Shown here one piece after another: positions 1-14,819 of a stretch of 64,000 nucleotides of DNA. Positions within the stretch are counted from its first letter, which is position 1. Every line of letters starts with the position of its first letter. Source of the DNA: the human T2T-CHM13v2.0 reference genome, Homo sapiens. The DNA lies in NCBI RefSeq assembly GCF_009914755.1, contig NC_060935.1; one strand, 5' to 3'. Position numbers and translations under genes: made by a program. Under the pieces are notes generated by a model. The model had not been told where the DNA came from, searched no databases, and saw nothing but the letters and a program-made list of their open reading frames with translations.

Positions 1-105
1 TCATGGATAGACATTGTTATGATAATGTTGTATATAATTTTTGATTCTGGATTTTTCACTTGACATTATAGAATAAGCATTTCTTCATGATGTCAAAAAC
101 TCTTT

Positions 106-586
106 TTTTAATTCTATCTATTTTATGCTATTTTTAGTTTTACTTTAAGTTCCAGGATACAAGTGCAGAACGTGTAGATTTGTTACATAGGTCTACATGT
201 GCCATGGTGGTTTGCTGCACCTACCAACCCATCATCCAGGTTTTAAGCCCCACATGTATTAGCTATTTGTCCTAATCCTCTCCCTCCCCTCACCCCCGGC
301 CCCCAACTTGCCCTGGTATGTTTTGTTCCCCTCCCTGTGCCTATATGTTCTCATTGTTCAGCTCCCACTTACGAGTGAGAACATGTGGTGTTTAGTTTTC
401 TGTTCCTGTGTTAGTTTGCTGAGAATGATGGCTTCCAGCTTCATCCATGTCCCTACAGAGGACGTGATCTCATTCCTTTTTATGGCTGCATAGTATTCCA
501 TGGTGTATATGTACCACATTGTCTTGGACATTTGGGTTGCTTCCATGTCTTTGCTATTGTAAATAGTCCTGCAATAAACATACGTG
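106..586 (-). mobile_element. 5'-truncated L1PA LINE-1 3' end with target-site duplication
   Basis: T-rich tail, then typical antisense L1PA 3'UTR (tttactttaagttcc...cccacttacgagtgagaacatg...tttatggctgcatagtattccatgg). TSD CAAAAACTCTTT at 94-105 and 587-598. Confidence 0.85.
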
Positions 587-890
587 CAAAAACTCTTTAT
601 TTACCTCACTTCCAATGCCTGAAAATGCAGAAATTATTAAGCAATAAATGAGTATTGAGCTCAAAGCTGCACAAATTACCAAAAGCAGGTACCCCAGTAG
701 AGTCTTCAATTTCATACATCCTAGCCATTGTAGGTATAACTGGCAGTCTATGTGTAAATCTTTTCTGTTCCAGTGCACTTGAAGGATAGGAGTAGGGCGG
801 TGGGAGGTACGTGCACCTGTAGTTTAAATAGGATCTCCAGGTAATCTGACCCCACCTCCTCCACCCCAGCTTTGAGAATCAGTGGTCTAA

Positions 891-1256
<366 letters not shown>

Positions 1257-1389
1257 TGACAGATGTCCTCACAGAGAGAAAGTGGTCGCCAGCTTGGGGC
1301 TGGGGAGAGCGGAATGCAGCATTAGATGACTTCAGAGAGGAAGACATTTGAGCTGGACATTGACAGATGAGTTTTTGGGCATTCAAGGG

Positions 1390-1810
1390 CAAGAACATCA
1401 TAGGTAGAGGGAGAATATGGTAAAGGACAGGGCCCTGAAACGACATAGCACGTCCAGGGTAGCAGGGTGCAGGTAGCTAGGGGAAAGTGCCCAGTGCAGT
1501 GGCTGGTGAGGAGACTAAGGCCACTTGTGGAGGACATTTGGTCAAGCTGAGATACTGGGCTTTTTCTTATAGTCAACAGAGTACCAACAACTGGGAAGTT
1601 TTTAAGCTGGAGAGAAACATGATGCAAGAGATCAGGGAGAGAGCCCTCTGATGTCAGAGGACCATCCAGAGGGTGGATGTTAAAGTTGCAGAGGCCAGCC
1701 TGAAGGTTGTCGGTGCAGCCTAGGGTGTAGTGACAGTGAGAACCCATGGAGGAGTTGAAGGGAAGAGCCAATAAGGGGGTGACATTAGTAGCCCATGATG
1801 ATCAGTGAGT
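1390..1810. mobile_element. Degenerate L2-like LINE fragment
   Basis: Purine-rich sequence resembling L2 3' region (aagtttttaagctggagagaaacatgatg...). Boundaries approximate. Confidence 0.4.
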
Positions 1811-3049
1811 TTTCAGAAGTAAAGGAGAGGAAGGGATGTAAGACCATCCCTAGAAAATAATGTTGGCCATAATTCCCTATTCCTGCTGCCTGTCCTTCTC
1901 TGCTGGTAACAACTGAGCATGTAACTCAGCTATGAGTAAGCACAGAGTGAAAAGCCCAGCCTGGGGTTCACCTGCACCACGGCAAGCAGGAAGAAGACTG
2001 GTCAAAGGCTCCTGGCCCCAGATGAGCCTGTCCACCATCACCCAGCATGATGAGCAGAGGCCTTTATGTAGCTGGTGAAGGGTGTGTTCTAAATTGGGAT
2101 ACCAGGGAAATGCAAGGCAGGGCCCCATGGAATTATCTACTGGATAGGGCATAGTGGTTGTGGTTGAAACACTTGAAAACACTTGAGCGCATGCACTCAG
2201 GCCAGCTCAGCCCTCTCACAGGGCAGGCCCATGCAGTTCCCTCTGGGTATGTGCATTTGGCTGGAGAAGGAGGTGTTAGTGAGATTGCCCAGAAAAGTAA
2301 GAAACCCACCTCCGCCTCCCACTGTCTTGGCTTGGTGGATAGCTCGTAAGAAAAGGCAGGTCTGTCTGTGGACTTCTAATACTGATAAACTGTGCCACAT
2401 ACTTTGGCACAGAGTTACACCGTTCAGCTGTTCTCTGTCACTCAGTTGCTGAGATCTTCGCTTCCCCATCTGGGGACAGGGGTTCTCCCTGGTTCCAGGT
2501 ACAGCACTGGCCCACAGTAGACACTGATTAGTCTTTCTTTGGCTAACCAAATGGGCACATCTCGGTTCTTAGAGCACATAAAGAATGTTCCTTCCTGGTT
2601 AATATGCCGTCCACACCCTAAAGTTAGATTACTTCTCCTTGGCTCTTCTGAGTGCTGTGAAACCAGACTCACCTCCGTTATCCTTGTTGTTTATCAAGAA
2701 GAAATAAAATGTTAGAATTATTTGAAAAATATCTTAATTGCCACAGAGGATAGTTGGCTGTATGCACACTCAGACCCATGCACGCTCACCCACACAGTTT
2801 CCTCAGGCAGGCAAAAACAACATTCCTGCTGTGCATGAAGGCTGCTGACAGGCTGAGGAGTGCCAGTAGGGGACAGAAATTTCAGAATTGAGGCTCTCCC
2901 GGGAAATTACTCTGCTTTCATTTTGGATTTGTGTTCGGGAGCTGATGGCAGACCCCCAGCTGTGTATGGCTGACATGAGACCGAAGAGGAGGAGACAGTC
3001 TCTAAACAGAATTGTGATGCTCAGCATCTCTTTAAAAATAACATTACAG

Positions 3050-3071
3050 TTTGTTGTTGTTGTTGTTGTTT
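3050..3071. repeat. (GTT)n microsatellite
   Basis: tttgttgttgttgttgttgttt. Confidence 0.9.
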
Positions 3072-3161
3072 TAATGAGAGCATTAATCTGCCTCCTATGA
3101 TATGAAATACATTCAGGGATTATGTCCCTGTTGCTCTTGATACTCATTAAAAAGATAAGTA

Positions 3162-3243
3162 GAGGTTGAGTATCCCTTATCTGAAATGCTTGGGACCAGA
3201 AGTGTTTTAGATTTTGTATTTTCAGGTTTAGGATGCTCAATCT
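3162..3243. mobile_element. Internally deleted MER46A/Tigger4a-type MITE (TcMar-Tigger)
   Basis: Starts gaggttgagtatcccttatctgaaatgcttgggaccagaagtg (MER46A-like left end) and ends tttaggatgctcaatct (inverted terminal repeat). TA dinucleotides on both flanks. Confidence 0.7.
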
Positions 3244-4009
3244 TATTATTTTTTTTTCCTGTAATATTTCTTTATTTTCTAATGTTCCCAGTAAGCATAC
3301 ATTATCTTATAACCAAAAAAAGGTTAAAATGTTATTACAAAAAAATCCACTGGAAACATCTTGAGTTTTTTACTGGTTCCATGTGGCAGATACTGTGTAA
3401 AGGGCAAAGTGTATCTAAACTCATTTTTGGGGCCTGTGGGCTGGTCTGGGGGGCAGCTCTGCTGGTCTCACCAGAGATGACTCGGAATCCACTTGAGAAC
3501 ATGGGGTCATCTGAGGAACTCAGCCTGTCCGGGAAAGGGGATCCAGGGCCTCTCTGATCCCCTCCTCCTCATTCACCCTCACGCAACTCATGAATATGCC
3601 TGCCAGTTCTTGGGCAGCAGCCTCGGGAAAGACTTCTGCCGTCCACACCACACCCTGTTCCTTCATCCCTGTGTCCAAGGCAGTTATCTGACAGCTTTAG
3701 AAAGCATGCTGGGGTCACACTGTCACAAAGCTCCTGGTCATCTCCACCCTCAACAGAACAACAGACCAACCGCATGGACTCACCACTTCCCATAGGGCAT
3801 GATTCTGAAGAGACTTTTGAGAGCACAGCTTAGAGTTCTTGTTGAATCAACAGCCCAGACAAGGGCTCTGCCCTTTGACTTATGCCGGGACACAGCTGAG
3901 CCCATCTACTTGGCCCCCTCTAACAACACAGAGCCCTTGAGCAGCTCCAATTATTTCAATTATTTCTTCTGGACCTTTCCAGAAGGGCTGGTACGCTGAG
4001 GATGAGCAG

Positions 4010-4240
4010 AGAGGCATGGAATCGTGTGTTGATTCTGAGCGTGGGCCCCAGGGTTAAACCAGCCACGGTTGAATCCTGCCTCCCACCAGAAAAGTAGCCT
4101 AGAGTAAGTCATCTTTCTGAGCCTCAACTTCCTTGTCTATAAAGTGAGGCAAATAAATTATACTTACCTCACACTTGTAACTACAAATAAAATCTGAACA
4201 AAGTACTTTTTGGAATGCCTTGCACTTAGCAACTGATTAA
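4010..4240 (+). mobile_element. MIR SINE (degenerate)
   Basis: Core-like ggttgaatcctgcctcc...tttctgagcctcaacttccttgtctataaagtgagg. Boundaries approximate. Confidence 0.55.
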
Positions 4241-6214
4241 AAACAAATCACTCTCACTGCTGTTCTCATTGCCATCATTACCTTCAGAATCATTTGAAGT
4301 TTTAGGGCATTCGTAGGTACCCTCTCCCAAATTCCACCCTTATCCCGGATTTTCTAGCCTCATTGAAAACAAGGTCAACAGAAGTGTGGCTTATTGAAGG
4401 GGGGTGGAGAGAGAAAGATAGGTTGGGACAATAGGACTAGCAGAAAGAAAAGCTCTTAATCAACAGTTCCTGTTTTATAAGTAATTGCCCCTCTACCATG
4501 GGAGGTCAAATAGTACTTCAGCATCATTAGAAACTGGGAGGGAAGTGAAAGAGAAAAAAGATAAAAGAGAGAGGGGAATTTGCATTTTTAAGAACTCACA
4601 ATTTTATCACTTTTACAAAGAGCTCAAATTAATTTTCGTGTCTTACTTCCACAGTAGTCCTATGAGAAAGAAGAGAGAAGGTTCTTGAAGAATGTTCTTT
4701 GAAAGGAAAATGAGGCACAGGGAAGTTAAAGGTCATGTAGCTAATGAGGACATTCCTCCCATGTGAACACACTGAGGGTGAAGACTTAATCTGTAGTGTT
4801 CACTGTTGCAACCCTGGTACATGGTACATGCTCAGTCAATACTTGTCGTCTAGATGGCTGAATGGGCGGCAGTAGCTGGCACACCTGACCATCAATCTGT
4901 TTTTCTCGGTAGCACACTTACCCATTAGACCATGCTAGCTCTGTACCCTTGAATGTTGACATTCATGCATTTATGTAAATAACTCTTAATGACCTGAATT
5001 AGGGGGGGCTATGAAGAGTTGTCATGATCTCACGTGAGGTTAAGAGGATTCTGCAAAAATAAGCCAGCTGAGATGGTAACAAAAGGGATTTAGATAGAAA
5101 CTGACAAGCATAGATGGCAGCTTAGTGAATATGGGAGACTTTTCTTGGAAAGTTTCTAAAAATAAGGGAGCGTCTCATCTCGCTGGACTGGTTCATTTGT
5201 TCTCCTGCCTGAGGCTAGGTGCCTGGCCAGATGGAGTCAGTGCCCTTTATGCACAGGTCAGGTGAGGACAGGTATGCCCTTCTGCTCTGTTCCTACTTAT
5301 AATGTTGGTCACTGGCAAGATAACACTTCCTAGAATAATTTATATTTGTAGCTTTAAAAAACTGAATAAAAACAAAATTTGGTTTACAAAAAACCCATAC
5401 ACCCATTTCTTTTTTCCTCTCTGATAGGATTAGTTTCCGTCAGTACAGCTTGAATGCCCAGCTGTTGCTCTGGGTAATTCCCCAGTCCTTTTCTTAATCT
5501 AGGGGATTATGTGGTTCTGGGTAAAGCATTCATGTGCCTCTCACCTTGCACCCAGCTCTGCATTTAAAATTTGCAACCACTGGAAAACAGGAGGGGAATG
5601 GGTACCCCAGGACATAGACTAACTGGGATGAAATCATTCTCCCTGGAGTACTAAGGAGCCTGGTCCACACTCTGACTGGGCCCCTAACCCTGAGACTCCA
5701 AGATAACTTATCTCTGCTGCTGCTCTGAAGGCAGAACTTTCTCAGAGCGCCATCTTCTTCTGTGTCATGCTCTTTAGAGGAAATAGTGTACCTAATTAAA
5801 GGAAAAAGATTCTGAAGTATGAACATCCTCAGTTTGTGAGCAATCCAGAAAATGGCTTTATTTTCTCTTATTGACACAGATGAAAAGGCCGAAAAATGAG
5901 CTTGCCTTATGCTAGAGGTCTTCTGCTTTCATATGCATTATCTAGTTTGATTCTCATTCTCAGGCCTCTGAGTGGGGCAGGTGTGAATACCTCCTTTCCC
6001 AGCATTGCAGCTAGGGAGGATGCAATTTGGGGCATCTCCCACTTCCTTTGCCTTCCATTTCCCCCACCAGCCTTAGCGGAAACAAACAACTGGAATCACT
6101 TTGTGGAATTCTGGAGAAAGTACCCTAGACCAGGAGGCCAAGACTTAATTCCTATTCTTGCTTTTGGTGTAATTAACTGCATGCCATTAGACAAGCCACT
6201 TCTTGTCATGCAAA

Positions 6215-6380
6215 GACCTTGACCTGTGGAGATAGACCCAGGTTTGAATCCTGACCCTACTACTGATAAGCTGAGAGACATTGCATCATTAATTTAATCC
6301 ATCAGAAACTTCATTTCTCATCTGTAAAACTGGGATAATATTGTCGTTTTGCAGAGCGCCATGAGAATTAACTACAACAG
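6215..6380 (+). mobile_element. MIR SINE (degenerate)
   Basis: agacccaggtttgaatcctgaccctactact...cttcatttctcatctgtaaaactgggataata. Confidence 0.6.
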
Positions 6381-6413
6381 AGGAATTTGGAGGTGAAGTA
6401 GCATGGTGTGTGA

Positions 6414-6707
<294 letters not shown>

Positions 6708-6829
6708 TGAGACCAGTGGAACTCTGGTGGTCATAAAAGCACAGTTAAAAAAATCAAAACAAAACAAACAGGCTATCCAGAGAGGTCCAAGGCCCATCCT
6801 AGGGAGTGAAGTCAGCTAAAAATTATTTT

Positions 6830-7130
6830 TAAGTAGTTACAGTGCTAGTTGGAGAGCAAAGTGGTATAACATTTCTAGAGGATGATTTGGCAACATATAT
6901 CTTTCCTTTGAGTCCACAATTCAAGTTCTAGATATTTATCTTAAAAAAATCATAGACATGCCAGAAGGTGAATATCTAAAGAGTTAATCTCAGTGTTGTT
7001 GAAAATATCAATACATTTAACATAGCCTAGATTTCAACAAGAGGAGGTTCATTTAATAATTTAAAGTACATAACACAGTGGAATACTGTGCAATCACCAA
7101 GAATGATGTTGTGAAAGTATATTTAAGGCA
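6830..7130 (+). mobile_element. Old L1M (L1ME-like) 3' fragment
   Basis: Remnants such as gatttggcaacatat...caattcaagttctagatatttatc...acagtggaatactgtgcaatcacc. Boundaries approximate. Confidence 0.45.
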
Positions 7131-9989
7131 CTTTTTAATGCTGCGTTTATATCATGGGCCAAACTAGAAGAATAGATAATCCCCATAGCAGCCCTGAGGG
7201 CAGGTATATTATTATCATCTTCATTTTACAAGCAAAGAAAATGAGGCTTAGAGAGGTACAGTGGTTGATTCCTAATCACAATGGTAGTGAGTGATGGGGC
7301 TGTGTGTCAAATGGAGATCTGCCTGGCTTGAAAACATTTCATTTAGTTTGAAATTCTTTTCTGCTGCTGTCAGTTTTTACCTCTGTTGCCTTACCTTCTT
7401 TTTGTAGGTGTATGGCTTATTCTGTCTTTATAAACTAGCTCAAAGTGTGCAGTAATTCACAAAAAAAGCTCCCAAATGTTCTGTTAAAACATACTGTTGT
7501 CAGAGTGAGCAAGGCACTCTTGACCTTTGGCCACTGGATCTCAGCTGCATGCAAAGTCGCTGCACACACGTGGGGTGGCTGTGCAGGGGACCCATCCAGC
7601 CCCTCACTGCCTCCCACCCAGTTTGCTTTCTGCCCATAAGTTATATTGGACATTTAACTTAAAGTTGTTTGGAATTCACAATTCAGGATAAATTTATGTG
7701 GAAAGGATCCTCAAATTTCAAAGGAGCACCCAGAAAATGGGACTTCTTAATAAATAAGGGCTATGGTACTATTTGGATGACAGGACATGAACCGAGAGAG
7801 GAGTAAAAGCCACATTGCCTTGGGATGGGTTACTATATTTTTAATGACTACGAGAAGGCCTGTTGGGGTGCAGAGGGGATACTCTTGAAGTTATTCACGG
7901 ACTCTCAGGCTCATTATCGACGTAGGGGAGAATCCCCAGTGGTATGCTCAGATGTTAGCACCAGGAATTGGAGAAAGCATTGCCACCATTCGGGCGTTGG
8001 TGTCTGCAGTGGGTGCCACAGCACACTTGCACCGAGAAAGACCTACAGACCCATGTGGAAAATGACCGTTTGGGAATCATTTTTCTGTGCTTCCACGTTG
8101 TTTATGTGGGTCTACACTTTGATGGGAAGCAGCCCGCAGTATCCATGAGAGTGAGGCTTTGGGAGTGGGGATAGACACTTGAGATGGTGCGGTGAAGTTC
8201 CGGGGTCCTGGGTTGAGAGTTGGAGGGAAGTTGCAGCCTCCAGTTCAGTCCCTGCAGTATATGGATGGGCACAGGGAAGCCTTTTGAAACATTGGTTGAT
8301 TTTTACATAATTGAAATGGTTTTTTTTTCAGCTTTTTGTTTTCTAAGCTAATAACTAAATTTCCTCTCTATTCCGAGGAAGAGAACAGGTCATCATAAAG
8401 TCACAGAGGGACCTGGTCTTCTTGGACATATGTGGTCTAGTGCACTGCTGTCCACGGTTGCCCTGGGAGTTTCCTTCCTCCCTGCAATTTTAATGGAAAG
8501 AATGCTTTAATGGAAAGAACGTTGCACAGGGAGGCAGGACACCTGCGCTCAGGGCTTCTCCCTCCCTTCCTGACTGTGCGTGTGTGATCTGGGACAAGCC
8601 CTTCTGAGTGTCGCTTACATCACATGTGAAATATAAATGATGAGAGCAGGGAACCTGACCACATTGCTTTGGCTGAGGACACTAAAGCCCCAGTAGCAGT
8701 GTAAATGTGTGACCTTGGAGGAATGACACAGGGGCTTCCACGTGTCATTGTTGTTTCAGCGTCTGTGGGTTTATCACGTTAGATGTCTGTTTGGGATCCT
8801 GGGCCCTGAGGGTATGAATGGGACTAGAAAGTAAAATTCAGAAGTCGGGAAATGAATGAGTCCAAAGCATACACCCTGTAGTGGGCAGAGGAGGGAGGGT
8901 AGGGAGCGAGGAGAACCAGACCCAGTCACAATCACCCACTCACAGGATTCTAGGCCCAGCCTTGTTCTTATCCTCCGTGCAAGGGGAAATGACTCTTACC
9001 CCAGAGAACAGGAGTTCTGTGGGATTTACCCAGTCCCACTGTTCCCCTTCTCTGCCTTATTTGGAGTCTTGGATGGGCAGAGGGAGCCCCTTTCCATCCC
9101 CGTCACCCCTCCTTCTTTGCTTTTACACATATTTATTGAGCATCTAATAATTCTGTGAGCAACTACCCTCCCCATTACAGACTACCCCTTCTGGGTGGGG
9201 GAATAGGTTCAGAGAACCTCAGATAGCTCCAATCTTAATGTTCTTTTCAAAGAAAACCTCTGTCATTTCAGAATTGCTTTTTTCTTTTCAGTAAGAGAAA
9301 AAAGGAAAATGAAACATTTTTGAGAAAGGTACACATTTTGAGCTCTTATTGACTAGGTGCTAAATGGCCACAGTCAAATTGGTAAAAATGACTATTTCCA
9401 GCCATTAGTTTTGTGACTTTTCAACCACAGATGCATGCTTTATATTTATAATCAATGATTTTTAAACAAAGAAAATAACTTCTGTAAACCAACTGGTTTT
9501 CCCATCTTTATGCATCTTGATGGTGTTGGTCAGAATTTTTAGAGAGTCAGCTTATCTTTTATGTGTGCAGAAGGTTTTGAAAATTTTTAAAAATTTCAAA
9601 GCAATGTAATATTTCTTTCAGAGTTTTATATATTTACTATCTAAGTTGCTTTCCTCTAATTGTGTTTGCTCTCCTTACTTGGCAATGTAAACATGAATTT
9701 TCAGATTTGTTTCCAGCTCCATGTAAAGTCTCCAAAAGTAAATTTGTTGAAAATGTTTCTAGCCACTAATTTCTATATTGATGATTTTGTGCACCATAGT
9801 GTGAATTTATAATTTTGCAAATATGTTTAAAGCATTTTGTTTGCTTTCTACATCATTTGGCCTTTAGTGTATTTTCAATGACACTTTGCACTTTTCTGAG
9901 CCACATTCTCACATATGCCCTCTGGTTTGTTTTTATCTTTACTCATCTTTGCTGAGACCTTCTTCTTAAAGACATATGAAACTTGCAGG

Positions 9990-10230
9990 AGTATAGAGCG
10001 ATGGTTAGGGGCATGGACTTTGGAGTCATAAATACCTGAGTTAGAATCCATTTTCACTATTCACTAACTGAGTATTCTTGGAAATGTCACCTAACCCTGG
10101 TTTCTTCATCTAGAAATTGAGGATAATAATACCTTGTGCACAAGTTGTGAGAACTAAATGAGAGACCATGTGTACCGTGCCCTACCCAGTCCCTGTATGA
10201 AGTAAATGCTCATTAATGTTGATAGCTGTC
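9990..10230 (+). mobile_element. MIR SINE
   Basis: atggactttggagtcataaatacctgagttagaatcc...ttcttcatctagaaattgaggataataatacc...agtaaatgctcattaatgtt. Confidence 0.65.
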
Positions 10231-10264
10231 ATTAAAGGGGCCTCTATTTTTCTGTTTTGGGCTA

Positions 10265-10600
<336 letters not shown>

Positions 10601-11241
10601 TCAGTATGATTGTACATTGGAATATGAAGTTAAAAGATGTGAAATACTTGGCTACATCATGTCTTACTAATTAAATACTCATGTAGTCAGAGCCATTATT
10701 GTGCCTTTCATCTTGAGCTATATCACTTAGATGATGCAGTGATCTTATTTTTACTAATCATTGTTAGTTAGTAGTAATTAAATTGTCAAAACCAGTGGCA
10801 GGAATAGTTATCTGTGACTGGTTGTTTATAGTCAGACAGATGCTTGCAGTGAAACTGCTTCTTGATCTTCTCGTGTCTGCCCTTGCCCTCACTGCACCCA
10901 CCTCACCTGAACTTGTCAAGGACAGTGTCTGCCTTCTTCTTTCTGTCCTGGACCCTGGCATGCCTATTACATTGTCCTGACCTGCATCCCAGGCAGGGCC
11001 CATAAAACAAGAAGTGAGACAGAATACAACATGAAGGAAGACTTCAGCTTGGAGCCTCACTCTCTGAGAGGACCAGTCTCAGTTTTAAGTATTTACTGAG
11101 CCCCCATTTTACTGTAAAATACTGAAGTAGGCATTCTATGCTGTATGGATGATAAACAGAAATAAAACCTAAACTCTGATTGGAAAAGTGAGGTATAGGA
11201 CAAGCATGAAAAAGTACAAGCATGGAAACACCAACAAATAC

Positions 11242-11269
11242 AATAATAATAATAATAATAATAATAATA
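11242..11269. repeat. (AAT)n microsatellite
   Basis: About nine AAT units. Confidence 0.9.
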
Positions 11270-11725
11270 GTGTCCATAAGTCAGTAGATTAAATCTCTAG
11301 GTGCCCATTTTACATATTCATAACATGCCATGTAGCTACATACATAATGTAGTCAGAAGGGGGAGGGGACTTGATTTTTGAATTTTATTTTGTTTTCCTT
11401 AGATGCTGCTTAATTCTATCTAGTTAAGGAAGAGAATTGGACAGAATTCAGGAGAGGAAAAGTGGGTGAAGGAGTTTGTGGAGTTTTAGCACGGCACCCT
11501 GTGATCACCTCTCCACAAGCATTTACACCTTTCTCTGTATGGGCATCAGATGAGATTGATAACTGAGCTGGGGAAATTGGGAGGGAAAGGCTTCATGAGC
11601 CAATGCGAGATGCAGAGCTGATCTCTGTTCCAGCATGAACACCAGCCTCTCCATTCTGTGTCTGTTTGCATTGAGACAAAGCAAGAAGGTTTCCTATGAT
11701 CAAACGCATATCCTTGTGTTGCCAG

Positions 11726-11851
11726 GGACACCACGATCATCAACCACTCACGGAATGGCAGCTACGGAGAGAGCTCGCTGGAGGCCCACATCTGGCAAGA
11801 GGAGGAGGAGGTGGTGCAGGCCAACAGAAGGTGTCAGGACATGGAATACAC
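11726..11851 (+). CDS. AMOTL1: AMOTL1 internal coding exon ([43 protein letters not shown]; approx. aa 712-753)
   Basis: tccttgtgttgccag acceptor, AC|GTAAGG donor, 126 nt, phase 2-2. Frame continuous with both neighbours. Confidence 0.93.
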
Positions 11852-12711
11852 GTAAGGGACGACTATGTGTGACGTGTGGGGCCCGCTGCATTCACACTCC
11901 AGGCCTTCCAGAACAGATTGCTTCTCTGTCCTGTTCTGAAAGGCTGTGAGCATGAGGTCTCCAAAAACTCTCCTCCCCCATGCTGTGCCATGGAGAGAAG
12001 GAAAAGGTTCCAACCTAAGCACGTGGTTCCACTCAGCAATGGATCTGGTGCCGGAGTTCTCTGGGGGAAATTGCGTGTCACCTGCCGGTTTTAAGATGCA
12101 GGCTGAGTCTAGTGACAGAAGAATTTAGATGTCTGTGTTATTTCTTGGTGTCTATCTCTATGACATTATGAGCTGAAAGGGGGAAACATTATATCCCAAA
12201 GATTCAGAGTTTTTGAGCCAGAATTTATATATTCCAGTCCAAAATAAAGAACATATTTAGCTAATGCACTCTTCTGATGGGCTACACAAAATTTCCAGCA
12301 GACTTTTTGACATAATAAAACTAGCCTGTCCCCCTTCACTACCTAAGGGCTTGTGGAACCCTGGGAGCCCTAGGCCTCTTATTTTGCAGATGTGAAAATA
12401 GGGCTGAGTAGTTGAGCCATTGATAGATAGGCTCAGTGAGTTACTATCAAAGTTGTGAAAATAACTCAGCATTCTTCCAGAAAAATCATCTTCTACCAGA
12501 GAACCTGTTCATCTTGGTTCTTTTTTCTTAGAAAATAGAGAAATTGACTTTAGCTGAAAGCTCACCCTGTTTGAGGCTTTAGAGTTTTTATGCTTCCCTA
12601 TCCCCTACCTACCCCCGGCCCCCACCGCCAATGCTAGACCCTCTAAATATGGTCCCCAGCCGACTTCGGTCCAGGAATGTGGCCACGGTCATTCTAACTG
12701 TACCTCGCTGA

Positions 12712-13185
<474 letters not shown>

Positions 13186-13535
13186 TGATTGGAAAAGCAA
13201 GACCAGACAGCTTCTCTGCCACTCATGGGACACGGAAATGTCCCTGAATAGTTCCTGGTCTCAGTTTACTCATCTGTGAAGTGGGGAGGGAAATCAGTCA
13301 TACTTCAGTTATAGATATGTGGAAGCATTGTGTAAATTCTAAAGACTGCACCACTGGAGTAGCTCTTAGCCATGGGTTGACTCAGATCAGAATTATCTAT
13401 TATTGTTGTAAGTTGAGGTGACCCTTATAACACAAAAGGCTCTCATAGAAAAGCCTAGAGACATCACGCCTCTGAACTTGGCTCTGCTCTAGACCAGTTG
13501 TATGACGGCTCCACCTCTGCTTCCACGTCTGGAAA

Positions 13536-13784
13536 GGGAGGACAGTGTCTGCCTGCTTTACCCCATGGGGAGTGGGAGGGAATAATGGGATAATGGGGGG
13601 AGGAGAGTGTCTGCCTGCTTTACCCCATGGGGCGTGGGAGGGAAGAATGGGATAATGGTGGGAGGAGAGTGTCTGCCTGCTTTACCCCATGGGGCGTGGG
13701 AGGGAAGAATGGGATAATGGGGGGAGGACAGTGTCTGCCTGCTTTACCCCATGGGGCGTGGGAGGGAAGAATGGGATAATGGGG
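13536..13784. repeat. 62-bp G-rich minisatellite, about 4 copies
   Basis: gtgtctgcctgctttaccccatgggg recurs at 13545, 13607, 13669 and 13731 (period 62) with only a few substitutions. Confidence 0.95.
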
Positions 13785-14819
13785 AGAGCACATTGGAAGA
13801 AGTGCTCTCTCGCATAAGGTAGGGGTGGTAAGTTTTTGCTGTATTGTTGTTGCATGGGCAGAATTCCCTAAGTGTGGTCTTAGCCAGGAGTAGGTTTCTT
13901 GGGGGCAGGCAGGCTTGTTGGCTGGCTGGGCTAGCCAAGCTGGAGGGGAAGCAGGCAGCGTGCTCAGACACAGGTCCTCCACATCCTTCCCCTGCACTCT
14001 GGCCTCTCCAGGGGTCTGGCCCTTCTTTGATGCATTTCCCCACATCAGATCGTGTTTTTGTTTCTCTGTGCAGCTGAGAGCCAGTGGTCCTCAGCATAAG
14101 ACCCCAAAGGAGACTGGCTGCTCTGGGCCAGAGGGGATAAGAGCTTCCATATGAACCCGACAGAGTTGGGGGGATCAAAGGCTCCCAACCAGAATCTGTG
14201 TTTGAAGTCCCTCCACTGGTGGCTTCAGCAGCCCCTGCCCCCAAAGGAAATGCACTTCAAAGAAGACGTGTGTGGACAGCAGCTGAGATCATCAAAGACT
14301 GTCCCAAGGACATTTAGCTCCCACCCCAGCTAGAGAGCTGGGAGGCAGTGCTGAGCCAGGCCTGGTCAAGGAGTTTGAAAATTTGCTCAGCTCTGGTAGC
14401 AACCTCCCTGGGAGTCCCCTGTTTGTGACGTGCAGCCAGGCAGGCATCTCTGGTGTCTGTGCCCGTATGCCCCAGGACCTGGCATGTCTAAACCAGGCCT
14501 GGGAGCCGGAGGACTTGTTTGAAGGAAGAGCTGCTGTGTTCCCTGCACTGATATTCCTCCTCATTGTTGTCATTGGTGTCCACGTGTCACAAACACAGGG
14601 ACTCTCCAAGGGGCTGAGGCAGGTTCATGGGTGACTGCACAGTTCCCCACATGTTGTCACCATTGCTTGCCTGATAGGCTCTGGAAGGAGGTGGAGGTGA
14701 CAGCATATACCTTCCCAATTGCCCAGGGTATCCCAGGAGCTATGGCTGGCTAGTGACTTATTCAGCCTGTCACTCCCTACGAGGACATCCTGCAGACTCT
14801 GGAGTTTCCACAGGCTGGG

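Noticed and set aside
8489-8519. Short direct repeat tttaatggaaagaa x2 (a similar small duplication lies at ~62730-62768)
   Set aside because: Ordinary slippage micro-duplications with no associated motif.
13536-13784. CRISPR-like array
   Set aside because: Units are contiguous near-identical tandem copies with no unique spacers, the context is eukaryotic, and there are no cas genes.
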